DNA of 54,070 nt from Pyrodictiaceae archaeon (GTDB taxonomy: Archaea; Thermoproteota; Thermoprotei_A; Sulfolobales; Pyrodictiaceae). Positions 36,548 through 46,145 of the stretch are shown here, in pieces. Every line of letters starts with the position of its first letter. The first letter of the stretch is position 1. Below the pieces are notes generated by a model. It worked only from the letters and a program-made list of their open reading frames with translations. It did no database searches and was not told the DNA's origin. The DNA lies in contig JALVHV010000144.1 in NCBI GenBank assembly GCA_027028845.1, positions 1-54,070 of the forward strand. The letters are read 5' to 3'. A program made the translations under genes and the position numbers.

Positions 36548-37303
36548 ATGAACCAGCGCCCCTATGTCACGATATTCTCGACCATGACTATTGATGGACG
36601 CATAGCCTCCTCCACGAGATTTAGCGAGCTAAGCTGTAACTACGACCTGGCTAGGCTCCGGCTCCTAAGGGGCGCCCACGAAGCAGTAATGGTCGGAGCA
36701 AACACGATTATAATCGATGATCCTACGCTGCGTAAGCGACTAGAGCCCAGGACAACGAAGTACTACCGAGTAATCGTTGACGGAAAACTAAGAGTTAGCC
36801 TAAATCAACGCATTTTTCGCGAACCAGGGCCAAAGGTAATAGTAATAACAGCTAGTAATGACAAGGAGAAGATCAAGAAGATAAGAGAGCTCGGAGCAGA
36901 CGTCGTGAAAGTAGATACTCTTGGTGATAAAGGTGAAGTAGACCTAAGGGAAGCATTACAAATACTTGCAGAAAACTATGATATTAATAGCGTCCTCGTC
37001 GAAGGGGGAGGTGCACTGAACTACAGCCTTCTACGACAACGCGTCGTCGATGAACTAAGAGCAACAATAACGCCCTATGTATTTGGAGCCGGGGTAAGCA
37101 TTGTTAATGACTATCTGGGGACGGGGTTCCGTGATCGCTCCGAGTCCCCGAGGCTAAGGCTTAGTTGCGTAGAGCTCTGCCCTTGTGGACAATGCGTACA
37201 CGTCGCATATACATTGCTTAGTAAGTGCTGTGAGCCGCGGCTAAGGGAGCCGCCCATCGAGTTTTGCCTCTCGGAGAGACTAAGACGATTAGTGCAGAGC
37301 TAA
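36548..37303 (+). CDS. 2,5-diamino-6-ribosylamino-4(3H)-pyrimidinone 5'-phosphate reductase (RibD C-terminal / Rib7 type)
   Basis: MTIDGRIA, AVMVGANT..DDP.L, VLVEGGG. Confidence 0.88.
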   Translation: MNQRPYVTIFSTMTIDGRIASSTRFSELSCNYDLARLRLLRGAHEAVMVGANTIIIDDPTLRKRLEPRTTKYYRVIVDGKLRVSLNQRIFREPGPKVIVITASNDKEKIKKIRELGADVVKVDTLGDKGEVDLREALQILAENYDINSVLVEGGGALNYSLLRQRVVDELRATITPYVFGAGVSIVNDYLGTGFRDRSESPRLRLSCVELCPCGQCVHVAYTLLSKCCEPRLREPPIEFCLSERLRRLVQS

Positions 37304-37411
37304 AGCGTTTAGGGGAGCCTGGGCTGGAGTAGGGACTCGTAGATAATCCCTGGCCTCGCCGTGGTGCAGGGCACGTATTTGAAGCGGTTACCGAGGAGGC
37401 GCTTAGTAGCC

Positions 37412-38119
37412 ATGGACTCTGTACTAGAGAAGGCTATTCGGGCTCTCCGTCTAGGCAAGCCCGTCCTAATACACGATGATTATAGAAGGGAGAACGAAGT
37501 AGACTATGTTATTCACGCTTCGTTCGTCACGCCCGAGACCATCTATGAAATGAGGACGCTTGCAGGAGGCCTGATATGTTACTCTATGCCACTACTTGCT
37601 GGGAGAAAGCTGGGTCTCACATATGCCCACGAGATATATGCCTCAATACCAGAACTGGCTCCGCTAACGAGGCGCACACTAGGCTACGGCGACAAGCCAG
37701 CCTTCTCCATATGGGTGAACAGCGCCAGAGCCGAGACAGGCATAAGGGATAATGATAGAGCACTAACAATAAGAGAGCTAGACAGAGTCCTCGGCATGAT
37801 AATAAACGGTAGCATCGATGAAGCCAAGCGCTATTTCTACGAGAACTTCGTGGCCCCGGGCCACGTACCGATACTTCTGGGGAGAAAGCTAAGCGAGCGA
37901 AGAGGACACACCGAGCTATCTCTGCACCTAGCAATGCTTGCAGGACTAACACCATCAACTGTTATAGTTGAGATGCTTGACAAGGGAACAGCACTAAGCG
38001 TAGAGAAGGCTAGGAAAATCGCAGAGGAAAGAGGCCTTGTACTCCTCGAGGGAAGCCGGATAATAAGGGAGGCCGAGAACCTTGGCGAAGATCTGTATTG
38101 TAGATACAACCTTTGCTAG
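37412..38119 (+). CDS. ribB: 3,4-dihydroxy-2-butanone-4-phosphate synthase
   Basis: RENE.D, GGLIC, TGI.D.DR, FVAPGHV, RRGHTE, VEML; GAGGAGG RBS before ATG 37412. Confidence 0.92.
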   Translation: MDSVLEKAIRALRLGKPVLIHDDYRRENEVDYVIHASFVTPETIYEMRTLAGGLICYSMPLLAGRKLGLTYAHEIYASIPELAPLTRRTLGYGDKPAFSIWVNSARAETGIRDNDRALTIRELDRVLGMIINGSIDEAKRYFYENFVAPGHVPILLGRKLSERRGHTELSLHLAMLAGLTPSTVIVEMLDKGTALSVEKARKIAEERGLVLLEGSRIIREAENLGEDLYCRYNLC

Positions 38120-38549
38120 AGTAGACATGGCTAAGCACGCGATCGAGACTCTTCAGCTACTTATGCCGGACGCGGTAATAGTGCGAAGAACGGTACCCGG
38201 GATCAAGGACATACCTGTGGCGATAAAGCGGCTCATGAAGGAACAGGAATGCGAGGCAGGCATCGTCTTCGGCTGGGTGGGGAAAAGCCTCACCGACAAA
38301 ATCAGCTACGCAGTCTACTCCCTCGCAATACAGCTAGTCGAGCTAGAGCTAGAGAAGCCAATAATGGATGTAACAGTGCACGAGGACGAAACCAGCGACG
38401 AAAAAGAATTGTACAGGATAGCCGTGGATAGGGCAAAGAAGCACGCCGAGAACCTCTACTTATTGCTAAGAAACCCCGAGGAACTAACACGACGAGCAGG
38501 CACAGGGCGAAGACAAGGCTATCCTGACGCAGGCCCGATAATTCCTTAA
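38082..38549 (+). CDS. ribC: Archaeal riboflavin synthase
   Basis: IVDTTFARVDM, TVPGIKD, VHEDE, AGTGRRQG. Confidence 0.93.
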   Translation: MAKICIVDTTFARVDMAKHAIETLQLLMPDAVIVRRTVPGIKDIPVAIKRLMKEQECEAGIVFGWVGKSLTDKISYAVYSLAIQLVELELEKPIMDVTVHEDETSDEKELYRIAVDRAKKHAENLYLLLRNPEELTRRAGTGRRQGYPDAGPIIP

Positions 38550-38684
38550 GATTATGCTTTAGTTATTTTCCCCGCGCACTAAAGTAACAGTGAATAAGTT
38601 TTATCATGTACGTACGGTAGGCGGCTACCATTCTTGGTGTGAACGGTGTAATAAATAAATAGAACGTAATGAACCCCATTAATA

Positions 38685-39023
38685 ATGGGAAAGGGCTTGG
38701 CCCAGCAACTTTACTATCTCGCTGCTTTTATGCTAATATTGATAGCGTCCACTGCGTACTACATAGCAGCATCAATACTAGCCCCTAGACCTAGGAGACA
38801 AGGAGAAGCTACACTACCTTATGCATGTGGTGAAAAGGGCCGGGAAGCTAAGAGCCTTGACCCACCGTACCCCTTAGTATTAATAGTATTTACTATAGCA
38901 GAGTCGGTGCCCATAGCATCGTTCTTCTGTGTTACCCAGGATAGGCTCGCTTTGCTCCCATTGCTTGTAGCGGCTTTTGCCCCTCCCTTGTTAGTCACGG
39001 GGAGGAGGCATGAACGTTCTTGA
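38685..39023 (+). CDS. Hydrogenase membrane subunit, NuoA-like
   Basis: Three TMs, loop PYACGE, acidic residue in TM2. Confidence 0.7.
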   Translation: MGKGLAQQLYYLAAFMLILIASTAYYIAASILAPRPRRQGEATLPYACGEKGREAKSLDPPYPLVLIVFTIAESVPIASFFCVTQDRLALLPLLVAAFAPPLLVTGRRHERS

Positions 39024-39978
39024 GCTATTTGTGACTGCATTGATATATCCGGGCTTGTTGACAGCTGTTTCTCTTGCTCTAAGCTTTGAGGCTTTGAAGC
39101 GTAAAATTGAGGCACGTATGCAGAATAGAATGGGTCCTACCTACACGGGGCTCCGAGGACTGGCCCAGCCTCTCATAGACTTAGTAAAGCTCCTTGGAAA
39201 GGAAGACATAACTCCACTTACAATGCATGAAGCAGTTGCTGCTGCAGCACTTGTTTGGAGCATAAGTCTTGCTGTCTTTGCATGTCTCCTTCTGCCTTGG
39301 GGGCTTGGTGGCCTAGAAGATATGGGCTATAACGCTTTATTGGTACCCGTTTGTCTCTCTTTGGCAGCAGCACTTCTCGGCCTCGCATCACTATCTACTA
39401 GGAGCCCGTATAGCGTCATTGGCGGGCTTAGGTTCATAGGACTTCTTATGAGCTATGATATAGGCTTGATAAGCCTTGTAGGCGTCGCGTATGCTGCAAC
39501 GGGTTCCCTAAACATGGATGTTATTAGGGCTAAGCTTTGGGAAGGATTAGTGCATAAGCCTTTCCTCTTCCCCCTCTGGCTCCTCGCCCTTTTAGTAGGT
39601 TTTATTCTAGTTCAAGCGGATTTGGGAGAAGATCCCTTCACAATAGCTGAAGCCGAAACCGAGGTAGCTGGTGGATTTGAAGCCGAATTTTCCGGGAGAA
39701 AACTAGCATTCATGAGACTAGGTCACGAGGTACATGGTGTAACGGCTCTTCTCTTCTACGTATCCCTATTGCTAGCTCCACAGCCCTCTCGAGGAGTCTT
39801 TGCCATCATAAGTTTACTCGCTGTAGGCTTAGTTATAGCATTTTTATCGATAATTGTTGACGCATCAACACCCCGTATAAGACTCAAGGACATGATTAAG
39901 CTCTCCTGGGGCTACCTAGTACCCCTATCGATCCTCATCGCCTTCTTATCACTAATGTTAGGAGGTGCTGCCTCGTGA
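39010..39978 (+). CDS. Hydrogenase membrane subunit, NuoH-like
   Basis: RKIEARMQNRMGP, QPLIDLVKLLGKE, PF.IAEAETE..GG..AEFSG, PRIR. Confidence 0.92.
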   Translation: MNVLELFVTALIYPGLLTAVSLALSFEALKRKIEARMQNRMGPTYTGLRGLAQPLIDLVKLLGKEDITPLTMHEAVAAAALVWSISLAVFACLLLPWGLGGLEDMGYNALLVPVCLSLAAALLGLASLSTRSPYSVIGGLRFIGLLMSYDIGLISLVGVAYAATGSLNMDVIRAKLWEGLVHKPFLFPLWLLALLVGFILVQADLGEDPFTIAEAETEVAGGFEAEFSGRKLAFMRLGHEVHGVTALLFYVSLLLAPQPSRGVFAIISLLAVGLVIAFLSIIVDASTPRIRLKDMIKLSWGYLVPLSILIAFLSLMLGGAAS

Positions 39979-40406
39979 GCACAGCTGGCTTGCTCATAGG
40001 CTTTGTAGCAATTATATCGGCTATCTATGCCTCCTTGGCTAAGCGCGATGAAGCAGCTATAATAGCTACTAGTGTTGCGTTAATCTCTCTAGCACTGCTC
40101 ATGCTCGACATAGGAGCCTATGTGGCAGCTATCATGCAGATATCATTAGTAGCTGGTTTTACCGCTGCAATGATGTTCCTAGCCCCCAGGCTTGGTGGCA
40201 GAGAGCCAGGTGCTATGCCGATTGCCGGCATCTTTGCAGCAATTGTAATTACTCTAACCTTCGCTATAATCTCGTTACGCTTCACGTGTAGTATGCCCAG
40301 CCCCATTACTAGGTTAGGCGCCGTCCTTGTCGGGTTATCATCGATAATTGTTCTCGCCGCGTTTCTCCTAGTAAGAGTGCTTTTACAACGAGGTGACTTA
40401 GCGTGA
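39975..40406 (+). CDS. Hydrogenase membrane subunit, NuoJ-like
   Basis: Five TMs, GAYVAAIMQI; position between the H- and K-like genes. Confidence 0.65.
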   Translation: MSTAGLLIGFVAIISAIYASLAKRDEAAIIATSVALISLALLMLDIGAYVAAIMQISLVAGFTAAMMFLAPRLGGREPGAMPIAGIFAAIVITLTFAIISLRFTCSMPSPITRLGAVLVGLSSIIVLAAFLLVRVLLQRGDLA

Positions 40407-40708
40407 CCGGGGCTTGTCCGCTCTATGCCACAGTAATAGGTGTATTAATAGGAGCTGGCTTAGTCACGCTTACACGCTATAGTTCATTTCTTAGGGTACT
40501 TATCGGTATCGAACTCGTATCGGGAGCAGCCACAGCATCCATAGTCCTTGTAGGCGGTGATACAGGGCTCTATGTGTTCCTAGCCCTCATCGAAACCGTA
40601 ATGGCAGGCATTGCGGCTGCCGTCGCTTTCTCTGCTTCGCGGAGGAGAGATGTCACGACCATAGATGCTTTCTCCGAGGAGGTGAGAAGCCGTGATGAGT
40701 CCAGCTGA
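40403..40708 (+). CDS. Hydrogenase membrane subunit, NuoK/MrpC-like
   Basis: Three TMs with LIGIEL and IE acidic residues. Confidence 0.75.
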   Translation: MTGACPLYATVIGVLIGAGLVTLTRYSSFLRVLIGIELVSGAATASIVLVGGDTGLYVFLALIETVMAGIAAAVAFSASRRRDVTTIDAFSEEVRSRDESS

Positions 40709-42512
40709 TTACCTGGGATTACTCATCTTCCTACCATTATTGGCGTCGCCTTTAGCACTAGTACTTGGTAGAGCGATAGGGCGTCGCGCATCTGAGCTAG
40801 TAGCGCTTAGCGCATCCTTTGTCGTACTTATAGCATCAATACTGCTCTATCTAAGCAGCCTTGAAGGAGTCTATAATGTAGCCTCGATATACACCCCCTT
40901 TATCCCAGCCAAGGCCGTCTTCAGCGTAGTAGTTGATGACCTCTCAAAAACCTTTAGCATAATTATCGGCCTAATAGGGTTCCTAGTCATACTTTACTCA
41001 ATAAGCTACATGGAAAGAGACCCTGGTTATGCAAGGTACTATGCCTTCATGCTCTTATTCATAGCATCGATGCAGGGCCTCGTACTGACCAACAACATAG
41101 CCGCACTCTATGCATTCTGGGAGGGAGTAGGGCTATGCAGCTTCGCCTTAATAGGCCATTACTACGAGCGCCCAAGAGCTGGCATAGCAGGGGTAAAGGC
41201 CTTTGTCACAACTAGGCTAGGTGACGTAGTTTTCCTTGCAGGAATAGCATATACTTATATACATACACATACATTAAGCCTTGTAGCCCTCAAGGAGACA
41301 TCGCCTCATGTAGCCTCGGTATTCTTCGCCTCAGCCCTCATAGGGGCTATCGCGAAAAGTGCACAGCTTCCGCTTCATGTATGGCTACCAGACGCAATGG
41401 AGGGTCCAACACCAGTATCAGCATTAATACACGCAGCCACAATGGTTAAAGCAGGTGTCTATCTTGTAGCAAGACTCGTTTTATTACTCTCATCGCTTAT
41501 TGCATCAACGTACCTACCCAGCATCGTTATGTGGGTTGGTGCAATAACGGCTCTCTATGCTGCTCTATCAGCACTAGCTCAATATGATGCTAAGAGACTG
41601 CTAGCATACTCGACTATAAGCCAACTAGGCTACATATTTACCGCGCTAGGAGCAGCACTCGCGATTATAGGTAGCGTTGATACCGCGCTGGGCCACGTTA
41701 TAAGCCACGCAGTCTTCAAGGCCCTACTATTCCTCTGCGTAGGAGTAGTAATACATGAGCTAGAGCCCCTACTTGGCCCCGAGACAGCAAGGGATCTTAG
41801 GCGTACTGCAGGAGTTGCACGTAGATCACCTATTCTTGTCCTCAGCTTGTTCTGCGGTACTATGGCACTTGCAGGCATCCCACCGTTCAATGGCTTCTGG
41901 ACAAAGGACGAACTCATAATATTTGTAAGCAAAGCCTCTCTTTCTGCCTCCATAGTATTACTAATAACTTCGCTCATTACTGCCGCCTATAGCTTCAAAC
42001 TATTCTACTACCTGGTATTGGCCAGGCCCGAAAAAGAAGGCATTGAGGCTATAACGAGAGTACCAGTACCTATGGCAACCGCTCTCTTAGTTCTCTCATT
42101 CTTGACACTTGTATCCCCAATTCTAATAGGGCCGGGGCTTCATTTAAGCACGAATATAGCCTTCATGGGCATAGCCTTAGCGCTGGCAATAACCGGTATA
42201 GTACTAGTAGCCGAAGCTTATAGGAGAAGGCTCCTGGCGCCAAGATATATCTACTCAATGCTTCTAGAAGGCTTCTATATTGACAGGTTCTATGTAGATT
42301 ACCTTGTACCATCACTGCGCTTTGTCTTCACTTTACTCGGGATAGGCATGCTACGCGTAGTTGATGCGGGACTAGATACCTCCATTAAAATAATCGTTAG
42401 TGAACTTGAAGCCACGGTACCGAGAAGAAGCGGGAGAATGAGCACATATTATGCGCTTTATGCTCTTGGCATGGTTCTCCTCGTAATAGCGGCCTTTACG
42501 CTCCTGAGGTGA
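40695..42512 (+). CDS. Antiporter-like subunit, NuoL/MrpA type
   Basis: FWEGVG, AKSAQLPLHVWLPDAMEGPTPVSALIHAATMV, LAYSTISQLG, HAVFKA, lateral helix and final TM. Confidence 0.93.
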   Translation: MSPADYLGLLIFLPLLASPLALVLGRAIGRRASELVALSASFVVLIASILLYLSSLEGVYNVASIYTPFIPAKAVFSVVVDDLSKTFSIIIGLIGFLVILYSISYMERDPGYARYYAFMLLFIASMQGLVLTNNIAALYAFWEGVGLCSFALIGHYYERPRAGIAGVKAFVTTRLGDVVFLAGIAYTYIHTHTLSLVALKETSPHVASVFFASALIGAIAKSAQLPLHVWLPDAMEGPTPVSALIHAATMVKAGVYLVARLVLLLSSLIASTYLPSIVMWVGAITALYAALSALAQYDAKRLLAYSTISQLGYIFTALGAALAIIGSVDTALGHVISHAVFKALLFLCVGVVIHELEPLLGPETARDLRRTAGVARRSPILVLSLFCGTMALAGIPPFNGFWTKDELIIFVSKASLSASIVLLITSLITAAYSFKLFYYLVLARPEKEGIEAITRVPVPMATALLVLSFLTLVSPILIGPGLHLSTNIAFMGIALALAITGIVLVAEAYRRRLLAPRYIYSMLLEGFYIDRFYVDYLVPSLRFVFTLLGIGMLRVVDAGLDTSIKIIVSELEATVPRRSGRMSTYYALYALGMVLLVIAAFTLLR

Positions 42513-42516
42513 GAAC

Positions 42517-43788
42517 ATGTTGCTTGAACCAGAGCTTTCCCTAATCACGCTTACACTCATAGTACTAGTGTGCTCGCTTGTATCGGCGCTGCTACGAAGC
42601 AGGAAGCTCGTAGCAGCCTTATCATCGCTTGTTGCACTAATGCTAACAGCAGTACTTTTAATTACACAAAAAGGTAAAACTATTACTGTCGATGGTTTAC
42701 CTCTTCTCAGCTTCGATAAGCATAGTATTGCGATGCTTGTGCTTCTCCTAATATCATCTAGCCTTATCATAGCATTACTCTGGCGCGAAATAGATAATGT
42801 GGTTACCCCCCTCATACCTTGGACAATGTACGCGAGTATAATGATAGCCTTATCCATTAACCCGGCAATACTGATCCTAGGGTTAGAGCTTGGAGCATTA
42901 TCGATTACGGGCACATATCTCAGCCATAAGGGCTCTGAAGAATCTGCCGTGAAGTACTTCTTCACATCGATACTTGCAGGAGCACTAATAATAGCTGGAA
43001 CAGCCTTACTCATTTCAAACCATGTCTATAGCTTTACAGGTATCAGTACAGCAACTCCAAGCCTTATATTCGGGCTCACCTTCCTAATAACAGGTCTCGC
43101 ATTAGAAGTAGGCCTTGCACCATTCCACCCATGGCTACCCGACGTAGCTGCCAACGCACCCGTACTCGGAATAACGCTGGCTATACTCCTTGTCGATGCT
43201 CCCACCCTTTACGTGTTCTTTAGATTAATAAGCGCGGCTAAGGCAATGGGGCAAATACTTGCCTGGATTCTCGCCATACTAGCTGCGGCTAGTATGGCTA
43301 TTGGCGAGTTCTCAGCATTAGTACAGACAAGCATACGAAGAATGCTTGGCTTTAGCATGGTAAGCGATGCTGGTTACACCTTACTTCTTGGAGTTGCTTG
43401 TGCGCTTAGCGGAATAGTATCTTTTAATGTCGTGATATATTTCATAACATCAAGTAACATGGCATTAGCGCTGGCGCTGGCTTCTGCGAGAGATAAAGAA
43501 ACTATTGGCCCGATTGTGCCAGCTTTGCTTAGCCTAATGGGGCTTCCACCGTTTTACGGGTTTACAGCGAAGCTTTCAGTAATAACGTTCTTTGCTAGAA
43601 TAGGGTATCCGTGGATGGCAGTTATTGCTAGCTTCTTCTTCCTAGTAGCAGCGGCTTATGTAATGAGGTACTTGATGACCCTTAGCCGTGACTCTGTACT
43701 AAAAGGATATAATATTTTCTCCCTTATATATGTCACGATTCTTCTCCTTCTAGGCCTCTATCCAGGGATAATTAATCTCGTAGGGTGA
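42517..43788 (+). CDS. Antiporter-like subunit, NuoN type
   Basis: GLEL, ESAVKYF, GLAPFHPWLPDV, RRMLGFS, LSLMGLPPF.GF.AK. Confidence 0.85.
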   Translation: MLLEPELSLITLTLIVLVCSLVSALLRSRKLVAALSSLVALMLTAVLLITQKGKTITVDGLPLLSFDKHSIAMLVLLLISSSLIIALLWREIDNVVTPLIPWTMYASIMIALSINPAILILGLELGALSITGTYLSHKGSEESAVKYFFTSILAGALIIAGTALLISNHVYSFTGISTATPSLIFGLTFLITGLALEVGLAPFHPWLPDVAANAPVLGITLAILLVDAPTLYVFFRLISAAKAMGQILAWILAILAAASMAIGEFSALVQTSIRRMLGFSMVSDAGYTLLLGVACALSGIVSFNVVIYFITSSNMALALALASARDKETIGPIVPALLSLMGLPPFYGFTAKLSVITFFARIGYPWMAVIASFFFLVAAAYVMRYLMTLSRDSVLKGYNIFSLIYVTILLLLGLYPGIINLVG

Positions 43789-45173
43789 TGGGGATGTTAA
43801 GCACCTTGATATGGTTCGTAGCCTCTATGATGGCAGCGTTTTCAGCCATAGTAACAAGCATCTACAATAAGCTAAGAGCAACCGTGATACTCATTATTTT
43901 GTCGACTCTACTAGGAATACTAGGCTACAAAGGGGGATCCTACTGCTATTATTGGTTAAAGCAACTAGGCTTACCTATGTGCATAGCAGTTGATGGTGCA
44001 TCTGTTCTCCTAGTACTACTCAGCGGAATTGTCTCTGCAGCTGCTCTCGTAGCTGCCAGGATGCTGAACGAGGAGAGGGAACAGCTCGGACTAGCGATAA
44101 CGTCTATACACTTTACCATGATAGGGCTAGCCTATGCCTATAGCCTACCTTTATTCTACATCTTTTGGGAACTAATGCTACTAGCATCGTCATTCCTAGT
44201 ATACCTCTGGGATAAAAGAATTGCAATACAATTCTTTATATATATGCATGCAGGCTCACTACTACTCCTAGTCGCGATAGGTATACTTGCATCAGAAAAA
44301 GCAACGATCTTCGGCTCATCAGTACTCGTGACAGGTTATGGGCTCGTAGCTTTCTCGCTTATATTGGTAGCTTTTGCAATAAAGCTTGGAGTGTTTCCGT
44401 TTCATACCTGGCTTCCCAGGACATACACCTCTTTACCCGGTTCAAGCGCAGCTGTTATCTCAGGTATAGTAACGAGTGCGGGAGCATACGGCCTCTATAG
44501 ACTGCTGTATGGCATTAAGTGGCTCAACCTGCCCCAAAGCGTTGCGTTTACCGGTTTTTGGCTTGGTGCTACTTCAGCAATCGTAGGAGCGTTAGCGGCA
44601 CTACTAGCACGTCGTCTGGGCTTTATAGCATCTTATAGCAGTATTAGTCATGGCGGCTTCATGTACGCGGGGTTGGTGAGCCTTAGTAGGCTTGCTGCGA
44701 CAGGCGCGCTATACATAATGTTCGCTCACGGAATTGTGAAGCCCTTATTCTTCCTCCTAGCATCGATACTGGCTAAACAAGCGGGAAGCGATGATATACG
44801 GGATATGGGTCTTTATGCGAAAACAATGCCGTTAACAGCATTCATAGGGTTTGTTACAGCCCTAAGCCTAGCAGGTGCACCTGTCTTTGCTTTCTTCCCG
44901 GGAGAAATAACAGTAATAATAGCCCTAGCTGAAGCTGCGTTAAACCCGATAGCTGTAGCAATACTAGTTACCGCGTTATTCCTTGCAGCAGCCTATGCTC
45001 TTAGGTACTGGCTTCGTGTATTCTGGAGACCAGTCGTCATGGTGCCTCGTCGTCTGCCTAGTGAGCCTCCGAGGAGACTTCTACTCGTTCCCCTCACTCT
45101 AGCGATTATAGCCATTGTAGCCGGTGTTCTTCCAGCCCCGATTTTCTCACTTCTGGGGGCGATGCTTCCTTGA
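43785..45173 (+). CDS. Antiporter-like subunit, NuoM/MrpD type
   Basis: FYIFWELM, IKLGVFPFHTWLP, YSSISHGG, FAHG, FPGE. Confidence 0.88.
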   Translation: MMGMLSTLIWFVASMMAAFSAIVTSIYNKLRATVILIILSTLLGILGYKGGSYCYYWLKQLGLPMCIAVDGASVLLVLLSGIVSAAALVAARMLNEEREQLGLAITSIHFTMIGLAYAYSLPLFYIFWELMLLASSFLVYLWDKRIAIQFFIYMHAGSLLLLVAIGILASEKATIFGSSVLVTGYGLVAFSLILVAFAIKLGVFPFHTWLPRTYTSLPGSSAAVISGIVTSAGAYGLYRLLYGIKWLNLPQSVAFTGFWLGATSAIVGALAALLARRLGFIASYSSISHGGFMYAGLVSLSRLAATGALYIMFAHGIVKPLFFLLASILAKQAGSDDIRDMGLYAKTMPLTAFIGFVTALSLAGAPVFAFFPGEITVIIALAEAALNPIAVAILVTALFLAAAYALRYWLRVFWRPVVMVPRRLPSEPPRRLLLVPLTLAIIAIVAGVLPAPIFSLLGAMLP

Positions 45174-45715
45174 CCCGCTCAGAGCCGGGTAACACGTTAT
45201 CAAAAAGAGATAGTAAAAATATTGAAAATGGGGATAGTATGGAGAAAAACAGTAGAGAAAAACCTCCGCACACTGTTAGGCTTATTTCAAGGTCGCCATG
45301 GATACTACACTTCAATACTGGCGCGTGCAATGGTTGCGACATCGAGGTCTTAGCAGCCCTTACTCCTCTCTACGACCCAGAGCGTTTCGGAGTAAAGCTG
45401 GCCCCTAATCCACGCCATGCAGATATCATTATCGTGACGGGTGCCTTGACCAAAAAGGCGGCCGAGAGACTGAAGCGATTATATGAGCAGACCCCTAACC
45501 CTAAGTACGTTATCGCCGTAGGTACTTGCGCGATAAGCGGGCACGCGTTTCGGCATAGCTACAGCGTTATCGGTGGAGCCGACAAGGTGGTTCCAGTAGA
45601 CGTCTATGTACCCGGTTGTCCTCCGAGACCTGATGCCATCATAGAGGCTATCGTAAAGCTCCTCAAACGCGAAAGAATTGAGGCTGAGAGGCTTGAGTCT
45701 GAGGTTGAAATTTAA
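45170..45715 (+). CDS. [NiFe]-hydrogenase small subunit (NuoB-like)
   Basis: GACNGCDIE, PRHAD, GTCAISGH, VPGCPPRP. The start may be ATG 45239. Confidence 0.93.
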   Translation: MTRSEPGNTLSKRDSKNIENGDSMEKNSREKPPHTVRLISRSPWILHFNTGACNGCDIEVLAALTPLYDPERFGVKLAPNPRHADIIIVTGALTKKAAERLKRLYEQTPNPKYVIAVGTCAISGHAFRHSYSVIGGADKVVPVDVYVPGCPPRPDAIIEAIVKLLKRERIEAERLESEVEI

Positions 45716-46139
45716 GGATAAGGAATTAGAGCTTAAACAAGTCGAACCCAGCAGGTATGAGGTGGTGCTAGAGAGACAGAGCGACATCGTAGATTTCGCA
45801 AAAGCTCTCATAGATGGGACTGAGGGAGAGGTTTACCTAATGAGCATTAATGCTATAGATTACCCCGACAAGGGTGTAATAGAGCTACGCTATCTCTTCT
45901 GGTCCCTAAAGCATAAATCAATAATAGATGCGAGAACCCGTGTTCCTAGAGATAAGCCAATTGCCGAGTCTCTTATCGAGGTTGTCCCAGGTGCTAAGCC
46001 TTATGAGCAGGAGATCTACGACCTATTTGGCGTAGTGTTTAGGGGCAATAAGTGGCTTCGCGACGGCTTCTTTAAGCCACCAGACATGGGTGCAACGAAG
46101 CCCCTACTTAAGCAGGCTCCTCCAAGTAGGAAGGGGTGA
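45678..46139 (+). CDS. NuoC-like hydrogenase subunit
   Basis: IELRYLF, SL..VVPGA.PYEQEIYDLFGVVFRG, KPLLK. Confidence 0.85.
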   Translation: MRLRGLSLRLKFKDKELELKQVEPSRYEVVLERQSDIVDFAKALIDGTEGEVYLMSINAIDYPDKGVIELRYLFWSLKHKSIIDARTRVPRDKPIAESLIEVVPGAKPYEQEIYDLFGVVFRGNKWLRDGFFKPPDMGATKPLLKQAPPSRKG

Positions 46140-46145
46140 AAGGCG

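Noticed and set aside
37304-37411. Possible FMN riboswitch before ribB
   Set aside because: Too short and lacks the conserved RFN sequence blocks.
42372-43013. 213-aa minus-strand ORF and the other antisense ORFs in the track
   Set aside because: Shadows of well-supported genes on the opposite strand.
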